This document shows, in pieces, positions 43,979 to 53,073 of a stretch of 64,000 bases of DNA (within the stretch, counting starts at the first letter, position 1; each line of letters starts with the position of its first letter). Below the pieces are notes generated by a model. The model saw only the letters and a list, made by a program, of their open reading frames with translations. It had not been told where the DNA came from and ran no database searches. The stretch lies in contig CP066694.1 of NCBI GenBank assembly GCA_016432545.1, positions 1,307,206 to 1,371,205 of the forward strand, read 5' to 3'. The DNA is from an archaeon (GTDB lineage: Archaea > Thermoproteota > Nitrososphaeria > Nitrososphaerales > Gagatemarchaeaceae). Position numbers and translations under genes: made by a program.

Positions 43979-45611
43979 CATGGGGACCCTGGCCTACCTC
44001 AAGGGAATCGCGGTCGCAACCTGGAGCGGCATCAGGCACCTCTTCCGCCCGAGGATGACCCTCCGCTACCCCGAGCAGAAGCTGGACCTCGAGGGGCCCG
44101 GATACCAGTACGACGCAAAGCAGGGCGTAGGCCTTCCCGGGTACAAGGGGCGCCACATCCTATTCCTCGACAAGTGCACGGGCTGCCAGCTCTGCGCGAT
44201 CGCCTGCGACGGGGTCGCAGTCGCCATCGACATGCAGAAAGTCCAGAAGGGCAAGCCACAGAACAAGAAGGAGATCTGGCCGGCCGTGGACTATGGCCGA
44301 TGCGTCTTTTGTGGACTTTGCGTTGATTTTAACACAGAAATTGTAACTAATCCGGGATTGAAGAAAATAAATACAATCCAAGTCGGAGACCTCGTCTTGA
44401 CTCACAGCGGCGACTACAAACCTGTTACCAAGGTCTGGGACATGCTCTTCACTGGGCCTTTGTACAAGATCTGGGTCTTCGGGAGGCCGGAACCTTTGAT
44501 TTGTACTGCAGATCACCCAATCATAGCTGTCTCCAGGGCCTACTCGAACCGAAAGGACAGAAGACTCCTAAGGACGACGGGGCCCTTGAAGTTCTACAAG
44601 CCCGGCGAACTGAAGGTCGGAGACTATCTTGTCAGTCCTATCATCCGGAAGGAGGTGCCCATAGAGAAGTTCGAAAAGGAAGTCCCCATGTACAGGGGAG
44701 GCACTCACAAGCAACATCTGAGCCTTCCCGCGACTCCCGAGCTGTTCAGACTGATTGGATACTATCTCGCCGAAGGCTCTTGCGATGGAGGGCGCAGAGT
44801 CAACTTCGACTTCAACAAGACCGAGCTTGAGACTCACGTGCGTGACTGCAACGAGCTCGTAGAGATGCTCTTCGCCAAGCCCGGGAAATTGAAGAAGAAT
44901 GGAACAAACGGGGTCCGCCTTGTCGTCGACTCTGCTGTCGCTGAAGACTTCTTCTCCCAGTTCGGAAAGGGGGCTCCGAACAAGAAGATAGCCGACTGGG
45001 CCTTCTTTGCGGAACTTCCCAAAGTAGTCGAGCTCCTCAAGGGCTATTGGCGCGGAGATGGAAGTCGGATCAGTCAGCCGAGACAGAAGTACTTCAACTT
45101 CACCACCACTTCCAAAGTCCTCGCGTTCCAAGTCCAGGAACTGCTTGCAAAGCTCGGGGTCATCGGCTTGATCGAGGGCCAGCACCAAAAGGATCGACTT
45201 CCCTCCTATCACGTCAATGTCTTTGGGAGGTGGGCGCAGAAGCTCGCAAACCTCTGGAATGTCGAGCTTGGATTCGACGCTACGAAACACGCTGATAAGT
45301 TCCATTTGGAGGGGAACTATGTCTTCCTCCCTATCCGGAAGATCGAAGTGGAGTCAGTGTCAAAGCACAGAGTCATGGACGTGACTGTTGAGGGGGACCA
45401 CACGTTCGCCCCAAACGGGCTTGCCACCTCGAACTGCGTAGATGCCTGCCCCTTCGACGCCCTCTACATGACCAACGAGTACGAGATGTCCGCCTACGAC
45501 AAGGATGCTCTCAAGTACACTCCTGACATGTTGGCGATTCCGCCCAAGGAGGAAGGCAAGAAGTACAAGGTCAAGCTGGACACAGAGAAGGGGGTCTCCA
45601 CCCACGGCTGA
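43971..45611 (+). CDS. nuoI: NADH-quinone oxidoreductase subunit I (2x[4Fe-4S]) interrupted by an intein
   Basis: First cluster motif: CTGCQLCAIAC. The second motif, CVFCGL|CVDACP, is restored when residues 117-488 are removed. The mature length would be 174 aa. Confidence 0.9.
   Translation: MHSMGTLAYLKGIAVATWSGIRHLFRPRMTLRYPEQKLDLEGPGYQYDAKQGVGLPGYKGRHILFLDKCTGCQLCAIACDGVAVAIDMQKVQKGKPQNKKEIWPAVDYGRCVFCGLCVDFNTEIVTNPGLKKINTIQVGDLVLTHSGDYKPVTKVWDMLFTGPLYKIWVFGRPEPLICTADHPIIAVSRAYSNRKDRRLLRTTGPLKFYKPGELKVGDYLVSPIIRKEVPIEKFEKEVPMYRGGTHKQHLSLPATPELFRLIGYYLAEGSCDGGRRVNFDFNKTELETHVRDCNELVEMLFAKPGKLKKNGTNGVRLVVDSAVAEDFFSQFGKGAPNKKIADWAFFAELPKVVELLKGYWRGDGSRISQPRQKYFNFTTTSKVLAFQVQELLAKLGVIGLIEGQHQKDRLPSYHVNVFGRWAQKLANLWNVELGFDATKHADKFHLEGNYVFLPIRKIEVESVSKHRVMDVTVEGDHTFAPNGLATSNCVDACPFDALYMTNEYEMSAYDKDALKYTPDMLAIPPKEEGKKYKVKLDTEKGVSTHG
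44319..45434 (+). mobile_element. intein (372 aa) with LAGLIDADG homing-endonuclease core
   Basis: Starts CVDFNTEIVTNPGLKKINTIQVGDLVLTH and ends GLATSN followed by the +1 Cys. LAGLIDADG-type blocks: LIGYYLAEGSCDGG and LLKGYWRGDGS. The length is in frame (1116 nt). Confidence 0.88.
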
Positions 45612-45627
45612 CGCGATCTTCCTTGGG

Positions 45628-46104
45628 ATGCTGGCCGTCACGGTCGGCGGGGCGATCATGGCCCTCGAGGCCAAAGAGATCGTCTACGGCGCGATAGGCC
45701 TCGCCGGTTCGCTCTTCGGCGTCGCGACCCTATTCTTCCTCCTCGACGCGCCCTACGTTGCGGTCTTCCAGATCGCCGTCTACATCGGTGCAGTCGCGGT
45801 CCTGATACTCTTCACGGTCATGCTCGTCCGGCAGGAGAAGTGGGCCAAGGAGCTCCCGACCGGCTCACTCGCAAGGGTCGCCGGGATAGCTACCGGACTC
45901 GCCATCGCGGTGGCCATCGCCCTCGCCGCAGCGGCGACCGGCCTGTTCAACTCCACAACGACCAACCCGGCCGACTTCGTCAGGATCGGGGAGCTGATCT
46001 CCACCTCCTACGCCCCGGTCCTCGAGGTGCTCGCCCTCGTGCTCGCAGCCTCCATAGTCGCGGCCCTCACACTCTCAAAAGTCGAACGGGAGGAGAATGC
46101 ATGA
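45628..46104 (+). CDS. nuoJ: NADH-quinone oxidoreductase subunit J
   Basis: FQIAVYIGAVAVLILFTVML family pattern. The first ATG in frame after the nuoI stop was used. Confidence 0.85.
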   Translation: MLAVTVGGAIMALEAKEIVYGAIGLAGSLFGVATLFFLLDAPYVAVFQIAVYIGAVAVLILFTVMLVRQEKWAKELPTGSLARVAGIATGLAIAVAIALAAAATGLFNSTTTNPADFVRIGELISTSYAPVLEVLALVLAASIVAALTLSKVEREENA

Positions 46105-46424
46105 ACTCCCTGGCCGACTTCGTCCTCGTCTCGGCCATCCTCTTCGGCATCGGAGTCTACGGCCTGGTCACGAAGCGCAACGCCCTGCGCCTTCTCTTCG
46201 CGGTCGAGCTCATGATCAACGCCGCCAACCTGAATTTCGTCGCCTTTGGCCAGTACCTCCCTCTCGCCCAGGCGGCAGGGCCCAGTGCAGTGGGCCAGAC
46301 CTTCGTCCTGTTCTCCATCGCGCTCGCAGCGGCCGAGGCGGCCGTGATCCTCGCAATAGTGGTCGTCGCTTACAGGCTGCACCAGGACGTCGACGTCAGC
46401 GAGCTGAATTCGATGAAGGGATGA
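46101..46424 (+). CDS. nuoK: NADH-quinone oxidoreductase subunit K
   Basis: LFAVELMINAANLNFVAF ... AAAEAAV. ATGA overlap with nuoJ. Confidence 0.88.
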   Translation: MNSLADFVLVSAILFGIGVYGLVTKRNALRLLFAVELMINAANLNFVAFGQYLPLAQAAGPSAVGQTFVLFSIALAAAEAAVILAIVVVAYRLHQDVDVSELNSMKG

Positions 46425-46477
46425 CAATGGGACTAGACCCAGCTTCGTCGCCTCACAAGAAACCAGTGTAAACCACA

Positions 46478-47980
46478 ATGCAACCATATCTCCTTCTCCA
46501 AGCTATAGTCGTCCCGCTAATCGGCGCCGCGGTCTGCTACCCGGCCGCACGCCGGCTCGGCAAGAACACGGGATGGCTCGCCTTCCTGTTCATCCTCGTC
46601 TCCACGCTCGTCCTCGCCGTCTGGGCGGCTCCGCAGATCTCCGGCGCCGCGGCCGTGACGGAGTCTTACCCATGGGCTCCTACTGCCGGCCTAGAGTTCA
46701 ACCTCAGCGCCGACGGCCTCAGCTTCCCCGTGTTGATGCTGGTCAACGTCGTCCTGGCCGCGACCGCCGTCTACTCAGTCCCGTACATGTCCGCCCGAGT
46801 GAAGTCCCTGAAGGGGGAGGACGACCTCGCAAAGCATGGTATGTACTACCTGAACTTCTTGCTCGTCTCCTCTGGCCTGGCTGGGATCGTGCTCTCCACG
46901 AACCTGATCGAGCTCTACCTCTTCCTCGAGATGGTCCTCATCCCCACCTTCGTAATCATCAGCCTCTACGGCTACGTCAACAAGGAGCGCGTGGCGACGA
47001 TATACATCATCTGGAACCAACTCGGCGCCTTCGTCTTCCTTGCGGGGATCGCCCTCGTGTACGTGGCTACCGGCTCCTTCTCCTACTCGGCGGTCACAGC
47101 CGCCCAGGCAAGCCCCTACGCCTTCTGGATCGCAGGCCTGATACTCCTCGGCTGGCTCGTGAAGATGGCGGTCTTCGGGGTCCACATGTGGCTCCCAATC
47201 ACCGAGGCCGAGCCTCCCACCTCCTTCGCCCCCACGATGGCGGTCGTCTCAGGGATCGGGACGTACGTGATCGTCCGCCTGCTCCTCCTCGGCATGCCCC
47301 TGACCTTCCACTCGTTCAGCCTCCCCCTGATGGCCTGGGCAGTAATCACGATGTTCTATGGCGGGGCCCTGACGCTGGCGCAGAACGACGCCAAGTATCT
47401 GTTCGCCTGGTCGACGATGAGCCAGAACGCCTACTCGGTCCTTGGGCTCGCGAGCCTCTCCGCCTTGGGGGCGGCTGGCAGCGTATTCTACTTCTCGAGC
47501 CACATCCTCGGCAAGTTCGTGATGTTCTCAGTCGCAGGAATCCTCCTGACCCAGACCGGGCTGCGCGACATCAGGAAGATGGGGGGCCTCGCTGCGAAGA
47601 TGCCTCTGACAGCGACCCTCTTCGTCTTGGGAGCCCTCATCCTCTCGGCCGTCCCTCCGACCAGCGGGTTCCAGGCAGAATGGATCATGTTCGCTGGCAT
47701 CTTCTCCCCCGCTGCCTCCGGCTCCTCCTCATACCTCCTCGTCGCCTTCCTGGGCCTTGCCGCTACTATGCTCACAGTCGCATACGCCTTCTGGCCCGTG
47801 AAGCGGATCTTCTTTGGAGAGCTCGCCCCCGACCTCGACAGCGTCAAGGACCCGCCTCTCACGATGACCCTCCCTCTCCTGGCCGTGGTCGCTGTGTCCA
47901 TCGCTGTGGGCATCTTCCCTGACCTCGTCTCAAAGTTCCTCTTCGGTCTAGGCGGGCTACTACCCGGAGGCGCGCCGTAG
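46478..47980 (+). CDS. additional NuoM-like (ND4/Mrp antiporter-like) subunit, divergent
   Basis: LSADGLSFPV and LYLFLEMVLIPTF (TM5 Glu). It has a divergent HMWLPITEAEPPTS where NuoM has HTWLPDAHVEAPSP. Confidence 0.8.
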   Translation: MQPYLLLQAIVVPLIGAAVCYPAARRLGKNTGWLAFLFILVSTLVLAVWAAPQISGAAAVTESYPWAPTAGLEFNLSADGLSFPVLMLVNVVLAATAVYSVPYMSARVKSLKGEDDLAKHGMYYLNFLLVSSGLAGIVLSTNLIELYLFLEMVLIPTFVIISLYGYVNKERVATIYIIWNQLGAFVFLAGIALVYVATGSFSYSAVTAAQASPYAFWIAGLILLGWLVKMAVFGVHMWLPITEAEPPTSFAPTMAVVSGIGTYVIVRLLLLGMPLTFHSFSLPLMAWAVITMFYGGALTLAQNDAKYLFAWSTMSQNAYSVLGLASLSALGAAGSVFYFSSHILGKFVMFSVAGILLTQTGLRDIRKMGGLAAKMPLTATLFVLGALILSAVPPTSGFQAEWIMFAGIFSPAASGSSSYLLVAFLGLAATMLTVAYAFWPVKRIFFGELAPDLDSVKDPPLTMTLPLLAVVAVSIAVGIFPDLVSKFLFGLGGLLPGGAP

Positions 47981-50136
47981 TGGAGCTGGTACTGATCCCA
48001 TACTACATGATGTGGCTCGTCTTTGGGCTCCCGCTGGTCGGTTCCCTGGCCACGGCGGCCCTCCGCAAAGCGGGGAGGGTCTCCAACTACGTGGCCGTCG
48101 CTTTCTCTCTCCTCTCTGCCCTTGCCGCTCTGACCATGATCCTTCCCATCCTCGAGGGGGTAAGCCTGGAGTCGGTCGACTACACCGTGCACTGGATCTC
48201 AGGCCTGAACCTCACATTCGGCGTGCTGTCGGACCCGTTCACCGCGATTCTAGCCAACGTTGTCGCGTGGGTCAGCTTCCTGATCATGGTGTACAGCCTC
48301 GAATACATGAAGGACGACCCGAGTTCCAACCGCTACTTCTTCTTCGTGAGCCTCTTCATCGGGAGCATGCAGCTCATCGTCCTCTCCGACAACCTCCTCT
48401 CTCTCTTCGTCGGATGGGAGATGGTCGGGCTCTGCAGCTACGCCCTGATTGGTCACTACTGGAAGGACGAGACCAAGAACTGGGTCGGGACTCCGGGCGA
48501 CAAGGCCCTCGGAGAGGAGCAGGCGTATTCGCCCTCCCATGCTGGGATGAAGGCCTTCGTCATGACAAGGGTAGGAGACGTCGCGATGCTGGCCGGGATC
48601 CTGATCCTCTTCTTTTACGCAGGGACGTTCAACTACAGAGAGCTTGCCGCGTCCTCTGGCGCCTGGCTCCCGGCCCTTGCGAATGCGGGCCTGCTCGTCC
48701 CGGTCGCCCTCCTGATCTTCGGCGGGGCTGTCGGCAAGTCGGCCCAGTTCCCTCTCCACGAGTGGCTCCCTGACGCAATGGCGGGCCCCGCGCCAGTCTC
48801 CGCCCTGATCCACGCCGCGACGATGGTCAAGGCGGGGGTCGTGCTCGTCGCCCGGATCGCTCCCCTGTTCTACTTCGCGGTCCTCGCCAACCCGTCGCTG
48901 GGCGTCTCATCGGTCCAGCCCTTCTTCCTCACAGTCGCTTGGATTGGGGCCTTCACCGCCTTCCTCGCCGCGACTCAGGCGCTCGTGGGCTTCGAGCTCA
49001 AGAAGATTCTGGCCTATTCGACCATCTCCCAGATCGGCTACATGATGATGGCGATCGGGGTCGCGGGCCTCTCCACCGACTTCGTCCAGGGGCTCTCCTC
49101 GGGGCTCTACCACCTGATGAGCCACGCGATCTTCAAGGCCTGCCTCTTCCTTGCGGCGGGCGCCCTGATCCACGCCGCGGATTCGAAGTACATCAGCGAT
49201 ATGGGCGCGATGCGGAACAAGATGAAGCTCACCTTCGCGGCCTTCCTGATCGCAGTCGCATCGCTCTCCGGACTCCCTCCTTTCAGCGGATTTTGGAGCA
49301 AGGACGCGGTCCTGGCGACAGCGTGGAGCGCCGGACAGTACGCCCTCTTCGCGGCCGGAGCCCTTACCGCGGGCCTGACGGCCTTCTACTCCTTCAGGAT
49401 GCTCGGCATGGTCTTCTTCGGCTCCAAGAGCAAGCGCCTCGAGGAGGTCGAGGCGCAGGGGCATCACCTCCATGAGCCGAGCGCGATAATGTGGGTCCCG
49501 TATGCGATACTCGCCGCTGCCACGGTCCTATTTGGGCTCGTCGCACTTGCCGGACAGGCGGTGCCTTCGCTGAACCTCGAGGCGACCTTCGACTCTGCGG
49601 CGACAGGGTACATCCAACTTCTCTACCCCCAGGCGCCTGTCGGCCAAGGAGCGGGCTTCGAGGCCGCCCCCTCCGGAATCGCGCTTCTCTTCGTTGCCAT
49701 CGGCTTCGGAGTGGCCTACCTCGGATACGTCGCGAGGCGCTGGGCTCCAGGATCGCTCTCGGCCGCGGGGTTCGGGCGCAGCCTTTACGTCTTCTTCGAG
49801 AAGCGCTGGTACATCAACGCGGTCTACTACAAGGTTTTCGTCAACGCGCCCTTGGGGGCCTCCAGATGGCTCAATGACACCTTCGACTTCAAGGGGCTCT
49901 TCAGGGTCAACGACGCCGGCTCCCTCCTAGGGAACAGGCTCTCCACCGCCGGGAACTGGCTCGACGTCAGGGTCGTCGACGGCACGGCCAACGGCATCTC
50001 CTCCTTCGGGCAGCGAATCTCGCGCGGCCTCAGGCGAATTCAGACGGGTATAGTGGAGCAGTACGTCCAGGTCTTCGCGGCGGGCGTGGTCCTCCTCTTC
50101 ATCTTCTTCCTACTGGCCTTCGGGGTGAAGCTCTGA
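47980..50136 (+). CDS. nuoL: NADH-quinone oxidoreductase subunit L (718 aa, long form)
   Basis: LHEWLPDAMAGPAPVSALIHAATMVKAGV, plus a C-terminal lateral-helix region and a final TM. Confidence 0.9.
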   Translation: MELVLIPYYMMWLVFGLPLVGSLATAALRKAGRVSNYVAVAFSLLSALAALTMILPILEGVSLESVDYTVHWISGLNLTFGVLSDPFTAILANVVAWVSFLIMVYSLEYMKDDPSSNRYFFFVSLFIGSMQLIVLSDNLLSLFVGWEMVGLCSYALIGHYWKDETKNWVGTPGDKALGEEQAYSPSHAGMKAFVMTRVGDVAMLAGILILFFYAGTFNYRELAASSGAWLPALANAGLLVPVALLIFGGAVGKSAQFPLHEWLPDAMAGPAPVSALIHAATMVKAGVVLVARIAPLFYFAVLANPSLGVSSVQPFFLTVAWIGAFTAFLAATQALVGFELKKILAYSTISQIGYMMMAIGVAGLSTDFVQGLSSGLYHLMSHAIFKACLFLAAGALIHAADSKYISDMGAMRNKMKLTFAAFLIAVASLSGLPPFSGFWSKDAVLATAWSAGQYALFAAGALTAGLTAFYSFRMLGMVFFGSKSKRLEEVEAQGHHLHEPSAIMWVPYAILAAATVLFGLVALAGQAVPSLNLEATFDSAATGYIQLLYPQAPVGQGAGFEAAPSGIALLFVAIGFGVAYLGYVARRWAPGSLSAAGFGRSLYVFFEKRWYINAVYYKVFVNAPLGASRWLNDTFDFKGLFRVNDAGSLLGNRLSTAGNWLDVRVVDGTANGISSFGQRISRGLRRIQTGIVEQYVQVFAAGVVLLFIFFLLAFGVKL

Positions 50137-51614
50137 TGAGCTTCGTCCTCTCCGTCCTGGTCTTCCTGCCTCTCCTAGCCGCCCCGTCAGTCTACCTGGC
50201 GACCCGCGCGAACAGGCGCGCCGGCCTCTACCTCTCGCTCGCTCTCGGAGCCGTGGTCCTCGCGATAGCTCTCTACACCTCCTGGGCGGTCTACTCGAGC
50301 CCTCCCGCGCCGGGGCAGTACCAGCTGTCCGAGCGCTACTCGTGGATCAACTTCAGGCCCGTGGGCCTCGACTTCCACCTGGGAGTGGACGGCCTCAGCT
50401 CGCCCCTCCTCCTAGTCTCAGCCCTCCTCACCGTGCTCGCGATCTTCGGGTCGCGGAAGCTGATCGACCACCACGAGCCTGAGTACTACTCGCTGATCTT
50501 CCTCTTCGAGGGCGCAATCATGGGCGTCTTCACCTCGCTCAACCTGATACTCTTCTACGTCTTCTGGGAGGTCGTCCTCATTCCGATGTTCTTCTTCATC
50601 GGAGTCTGGGGCGGCCCGAGGAGGAAGTACGCCGCTATGAAGTTCATCATTTTCACTTACGCCGGGAGCACGATAATGCTCCTCGGCTTCCTCTACGTCT
50701 ACCTTGGGATGGGCAGCTCCCCGTCCTTCGACATCCAGGACCTCTCCGGGCACATCCCGGTCGCTCTGCAGTACCTTCCTCTCCTAGCTTCGTTCATCGG
50801 CTTCGCCGTGAAGCTTCCCCTCGTCCCCTTCCACACGTGGCTCCCGGACGCCCACGTCGAGGCCCCCTCGCCGATCTCTGTCCTCCTGGCCGGGGTCCTC
50901 CTCAAGATGGGAGGGTACGGCTTCCTCAGGATCAGCATGGGTCTCTTCCCCCAGGCCTCGTACCAGTACGCCTGGGTCTTCCTAGTCCTTGGGCTCTTCT
51001 CGATGTTCTACGGCGCCGCAGCCGCGATCCTGCAGAAGGACCTCAAGAAGATGATAGCGTTCACGAGCATCAACCACATGGGCTTCGTCCTCTTCGGGGC
51101 CTACGCGACCCTCGCGTACGGGAACCTCCTCGGGGTCCAGGGGGCGATCTTCCAGATGTTCGCCCACGCCCTCGCCGTCGGTAGCCTCTTCATGCTCTCC
51201 GGTTACATCCAGCACCAGGCCGGGACCAGGGAGATTCCTTCACTGCACGGACTCGGAACTTCGATGCCCAGGACTGCCACGATACTCGTCCTCGCCTCGG
51301 CCGCGGCCATGGGGCTTCCCCCTTTCGCGAGCTTCCTCGCCGAGTTCCTGGTCATAGCCGCGGGCATCTCGGCCTTCAGCCTGACCGCGATTTCAATCCT
51401 GGTCCCAGTCATAACGGCGGGATACTTCCTCTGGATGATCCGGAGGGTCGTCCTCTCGGCCCCTGAGCCGGGCCACGAGGTCCACGACATGGGCTGGGCC
51501 GACGTCGCCTCCTTCGCCGCATACCTCGTCCCGCTGGTCGTCCTGATCGTCTTCTCCTATCTCATCCTCACGCCGGCGGCCCCGGTCGCGGCCTATCTGT
51601 GGGGGTTGGCCTGA
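50136..51614 (+). CDS. nuoM: NADH-quinone oxidoreductase subunit M
   Basis: LGVDGLSSPL, FWEVVLIPMFFFIGVWGG and HTWLPDAHVEAPSPISVLLAGVLLKMGGYG. Confidence 0.9.
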   Translation: MSFVLSVLVFLPLLAAPSVYLATRANRRAGLYLSLALGAVVLAIALYTSWAVYSSPPAPGQYQLSERYSWINFRPVGLDFHLGVDGLSSPLLLVSALLTVLAIFGSRKLIDHHEPEYYSLIFLFEGAIMGVFTSLNLILFYVFWEVVLIPMFFFIGVWGGPRRKYAAMKFIIFTYAGSTIMLLGFLYVYLGMGSSPSFDIQDLSGHIPVALQYLPLLASFIGFAVKLPLVPFHTWLPDAHVEAPSPISVLLAGVLLKMGGYGFLRISMGLFPQASYQYAWVFLVLGLFSMFYGAAAAILQKDLKKMIAFTSINHMGFVLFGAYATLAYGNLLGVQGAIFQMFAHALAVGSLFMLSGYIQHQAGTREIPSLHGLGTSMPRTATILVLASAAAMGLPPFASFLAEFLVIAAGISAFSLTAISILVPVITAGYFLWMIRRVVLSAPEPGHEVHDMGWADVASFAAYLVPLVVLIVFSYLILTPAAPVAAYLWGLA

Positions 51615-51615
51615 G

Positions 51616-53073
51616 CTGGTCGACTACCTTACGATCGCGCTCCTTCTCCTTGGGGCATCTTCGCTCCTCCTGCCGCTTCTCCAGCTCCTCAAGGGACGCT
51701 CCCCCATGCTCGCCGGGTACATACTGGCCGGGGTCCTCGCCGCCTCCATGCTCCTGATCGCACTCGCGACCCTCTATCCCTCCGGCTCCTCGCCCTTCGG
51801 CGACCTGATCTCCCCCGACCAGCTCGGAGGCGTCTTCGCGCTCGTCACAGTGGGAGTGACACTCGCGGTCACCGTCGCCTCCTTCGAGACGACCAAGGGC
51901 TCCTCGGCGCCGGTCTACTACAGCCTCCTCTCCTTCACCGCCCTGGGCATGGCGCTCCTGGCCTACTCCAGGGACCTGTTGATGCTCTTCGTTGCGTGGG
52001 AGCTGATGAGCCTCCCCACCTATGCCCTAGCCGGCTATGACAAGAAGCTGAGGTCCAACGAAGCCGCCGTCAAGTACGCCATTATCGGCGCCATGTCCTC
52101 CGCGATCATCCTGTACGCCATCAGCCTCGCCTACGGGCTCACTGGCAGCACCCAGATCTCCGCGGTCGTCGCCGGGTTCTACGCGCACCCCACGGCGCTG
52201 GCGGGCATCTCGACCCTCCTCTTCGTCGCGGGCTTCGGGTTCAAGATGTCCATCGTGCCCTTCCACATGTGGATACCAGACGCATACGAGGGAGCCCCGA
52301 CCACAGTCAGCACCCTGCTGGCCGCAGCGACCAAGAAGGCAGGCTTCGTCGCGGCGATCCGCGTCCTCCTTGGGATCACGACGCTCTACGCGGTGACCCA
52401 GAACCCCCTCTTTACCATGGCCAACGTCTTCGCCGTGCTTGCGCTTCTGACAATGACCGTCGGAAACGTCGCCGCGCTGACCCAGAAGAGCATGACGAGG
52501 CTCCTCGCATACTCAAGCATCGCCCAGGCCGGATACATACTGATAGGGTTCGTCGCCTTCTCCGCGGACCCCACATCTAACGCGGCGTCGATCGGCCTCA
52601 CCGGCTCTATCCTGCACGTGATCAACCACGCGACAATGAAGGGCGCGGCCTTCCTGGCGGCCGCCGCGGTGCTCTTGCAGCTCAAGCGTGCCGACCTCGG
52701 AGCCTACGACGGATTGGCCCGGAGGATGCCCATTACTGCTTTCACGATGACCATAGCCTTGCTCTCTCTGGCAGGCGTCCCGCCGTTGAGTGGATTCTGG
52801 AGCAAGCTCCTTCTCTTCCTCTCGGTGGCCAACGGGCCCTTCGCCTGGCTGGCCCTCGCTGCCATTCTCAACAGCGCCTTCAGCCTCGGGTACTATGCAT
52901 GGATAATCAAGCGGATGTTCGTTGACGAGCCTGAGAACCCGGAGAGGGTCAGGGAGCCGATTTGGTTCGTAGTCGTATTCGCGGTCCTCGTGGGCCTGAT
53001 AGTCGGAATCGGGCTCTTCCCGCAGCAGGCGATCAGCTTCGCTTCAGGCGCGGCCTCGAGCCTCTTCGGCTAG
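51616..53073 (+). CDS. nuoN: NADH-quinone oxidoreductase subunit N (start uncertain: first ATG at 51706, TM1-like sequence in frame from CTG at 51616)
   Basis: FHMWIPDAYEGAPTTVSTLLAAATKKAGF. The upstream in-frame LVDYLTIALLLLGASSLLLPLLQLLKGRSP resembles NuoN TM1. Confidence 0.85.
   Translation: MVDYLTIALLLLGASSLLLPLLQLLKGRSPMLAGYILAGVLAASMLLIALATLYPSGSSPFGDLISPDQLGGVFALVTVGVTLAVTVASFETTKGSSAPVYYSLLSFTALGMALLAYSRDLLMLFVAWELMSLPTYALAGYDKKLRSNEAAVKYAIIGAMSSAIILYAISLAYGLTGSTQISAVVAGFYAHPTALAGISTLLFVAGFGFKMSIVPFHMWIPDAYEGAPTTVSTLLAAATKKAGFVAAIRVLLGITTLYAVTQNPLFTMANVFAVLALLTMTVGNVAALTQKSMTRLLAYSSIAQAGYILIGFVAFSADPTSNAASIGLTGSILHVINHATMKGAAFLAAAAVLLQLKRADLGAYDGLARRMPITAFTMTIALLSLAGVPPLSGFWSKLLLFLSVANGPFAWLALAAILNSAFSLGYYAWIIKRMFVDEPENPERVREPIWFVVVFAVLVGLIVGIGLFPQQAISFASGAASSLFG

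Noticed and set aside
42737-43981. 414-aa minus-strand ORF
   Set aside because: It is antisense to nuoH. The sequence is low-complexity and Glu/Asp/Gly/Arg-rich, whereas nuoH on the plus strand has clear family motifs.
46573-47922. 449-aa alternative-frame plus-strand ORF, plus similar ORFs at 48012..48773 and 53706..54692
   Set aside because: These are Arg/Pro/Gly-rich out-of-frame or antisense readings of nuo and atpI genes. The annotated frames carry the conserved motifs.
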